Below are positions 35,513 to 36,449 of a DNA stretch of 36,449 nucleotides, one piece after another. Origin of the DNA: a virus (Duplodnaviria > Caudoviricetes). The notes below the pieces were generated by a model that had not been told where the DNA came from, did not search any database, and saw nothing but the letters and a program-made list of their open reading frames with translations. The number at the start of each line of letters is the position of its first letter. Position 1 is the first letter of the stretch. The stretch covers positions 1-36,449 of the IMG/VR virus record IMGVR_UViG_3300026270_000555, one strand, 5' to 3'. Made by a program: the position numbers and the translations under genes.

Positions 35513-35544
35513 AAAAAAAAGGGCGACATAAAGCCGCCCTTTTT
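35513..35544 (-). terminator. Intrinsic terminator after the major capsid gene
   Basis: AAAAAGGGCGGC-TTTAT-GTCGCCC-T8. Confidence 0.88.
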
Positions 35545-35566
35545 GAAAATAAAATAAACCTGTGGC

Positions 35567-36449
35567 TTATTTGAATTTTAAGTTTCCTGATGTTACAGCA
35601 ACTTTTCCAACGTAGTCAGCCGCGTTACCAAGTGATGATGCAGTGTTTGTTAACTCTACATAACCGTATCTTGTTAAGAAGCCTACTACTGGTTCGAAAG
35701 TAGCCGGATCAAGAACAACACCTGAAGACATTAAAGGTATGTATGGGCAGTAGAATGCCGGAGCATCTGCCTCACTTGCACCTTTGTAACCTACAAGTAC
35801 GTCTGTGTCGTCTGCCGCGTAAGCGTCAACGTATACTCTCATAGCACCGTTTAAAGTTCCAACGAATTTAGTGTTAGTTGGAGACTCAAAAGTACCTTCT
35901 GTTGATCTTGCAAACGCAGAAGTTGTTGCTGATTGAAGAATAGTTAAAGCAGTTGGAGAAACTACCGCGTAGTTTCCAGCGCCTCTTCTTGTTCTTGTAG
36001 CAATCTGGTTAGCAACTCTGTTGATTAACACAGCCAAAGCCGCGTGTTCATCACCAACGAATGTTGCAGTACCTGATACAGCCGCTTGGTCAAAAGTTTC
36101 AGAAGCAGTTCCTGCCAATGTTCTTAATGATCCAATGATCTCTTGGTCGATCTCAGCAGTAATCTCTTGTGCTAATGCCGCCATGATTTCTGCTTCAACG
36201 TCTATACCTTGTTGTGCTTGAGCATCTTGAGCCGCTTCAAAAGTCCATCTAGCACTTAATTTTCTAGATTTCGCTTCAACCGGTTGTTTCAAGATCTGGA
36301 TTGATAATCTTTTTCCAGGTTCACCTTCTAAAGCCGCTGTTGAAGACGCCTTTGGAGTAGTGTTGTTCTGGTTACCAGAATATGCTTTCGCAATTTTGAA
36401 TGGAGATAATGCTTCTTCACCTGCAGTCGTGTTTGACGCAACTGTGTCT
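35567..36449 (-). CDS. gp23: Major capsid protein (gp23-like), 5' part outside the window
   Basis: VEAKSRKLSARWT.E.AQD, EITAEID.E, TRRGAGN, AFYCPYIPL, FEPVVGFLTRYG motifs. The frame stays open past the ORF-track start (…LEGEPGKRLSIQILKQ) to the window edge. Confidence 0.96.
   Translation of the reverse strand, partial: DTVASNTTAGEEALSPFKIAKAYSGNQNNTTPKASSTAALEGEPGKRLSIQILKQPVEAKSRKLSARWTFEAAQDAQAQQGIDVEAEIMAALAQEITAEIDQEIIGSLRTLAGTASETFDQAAVSGTATFVGDEHAALAVLINRVANQIATRTRRGAGNYAVVSPTALTILQSATTSAFARSTEGTFESPTNTKFVGTLNGAMRVYVDAYAADDTDVLVGYKGASEADAPAFYCPYIPLMSSGVVLDPATFEPVVGFLTRYGYVELTNTASSLGNAADYVGKVAVTSGNLKFK

Noticed and set aside
19600-36300. Many plus-strand ORFs of 60-220 aa antisense to structural genes (e.g. 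25049-25717, 30820-31353), and the minus-strand ORF 31958-32593
   Set aside because: These are shadow frames caused by codon bias of the real genes; they have no RBS, promoter or recognisable motif.
1-36449. Stop-codon reassignment, introns or inteins
   Set aside because: Standard code gives full-length, tightly packed genes; terminase, sheath and the visible capsid part are uninterrupted.
1-36449. CRISPR array or insertion sequence
   Set aside because: No regularly spaced repeats and no transposase; the TnsA-like ORF at 8035-8475 fits the gp4 head-completion family.

Overview
This window is a fragment of a large, AT-rich, T4-like (contractile-tailed) bacteriophage genome covering much of the virion/late region; most genes are on the minus strand. 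Read in transcription direction (right to left) it contains: the 3' part of the major capsid gene (gp23-like); about 16 kb of modular, partly paralogous Ser/Thr/Gly-rich fibre/baseplate-type genes; a plus-strand block of gp14-like, gp15-like and Nudix genes; a gp13-like neck gene; a dNMP kinase; a degenerate HNH/Zn protein; a very large tail sheath; the tail tube; a gp48/54-like protein; a gp4-like head-completion nuclease; a probable small terminase; acidic internal-head proteins; the large terminase; a B12-type radical SAM enzyme with a coupled partner; and the start of a gp32-like SSB gene. Main unexplained signals: (1) by manual reading GCWGC is absent and AGCT occurs once, with Ala-Ala coded through GCSGC; (2) a tRNA-sized four-way-junction RNA leader coupled to an RBS-sequestering hairpin at 34927-35017; (3) most TAAATA late promoters and three sigma70-type promoters sit 5-8 nt from the ATG, implying leaderless mRNAs; (4) terminators fused to, or wrapped around, late promoters; (5) a possible D-S-[T/S] modification motif in virion proteins. 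All product calls come from motif recognition and all counts were made by eye; no database search was run.
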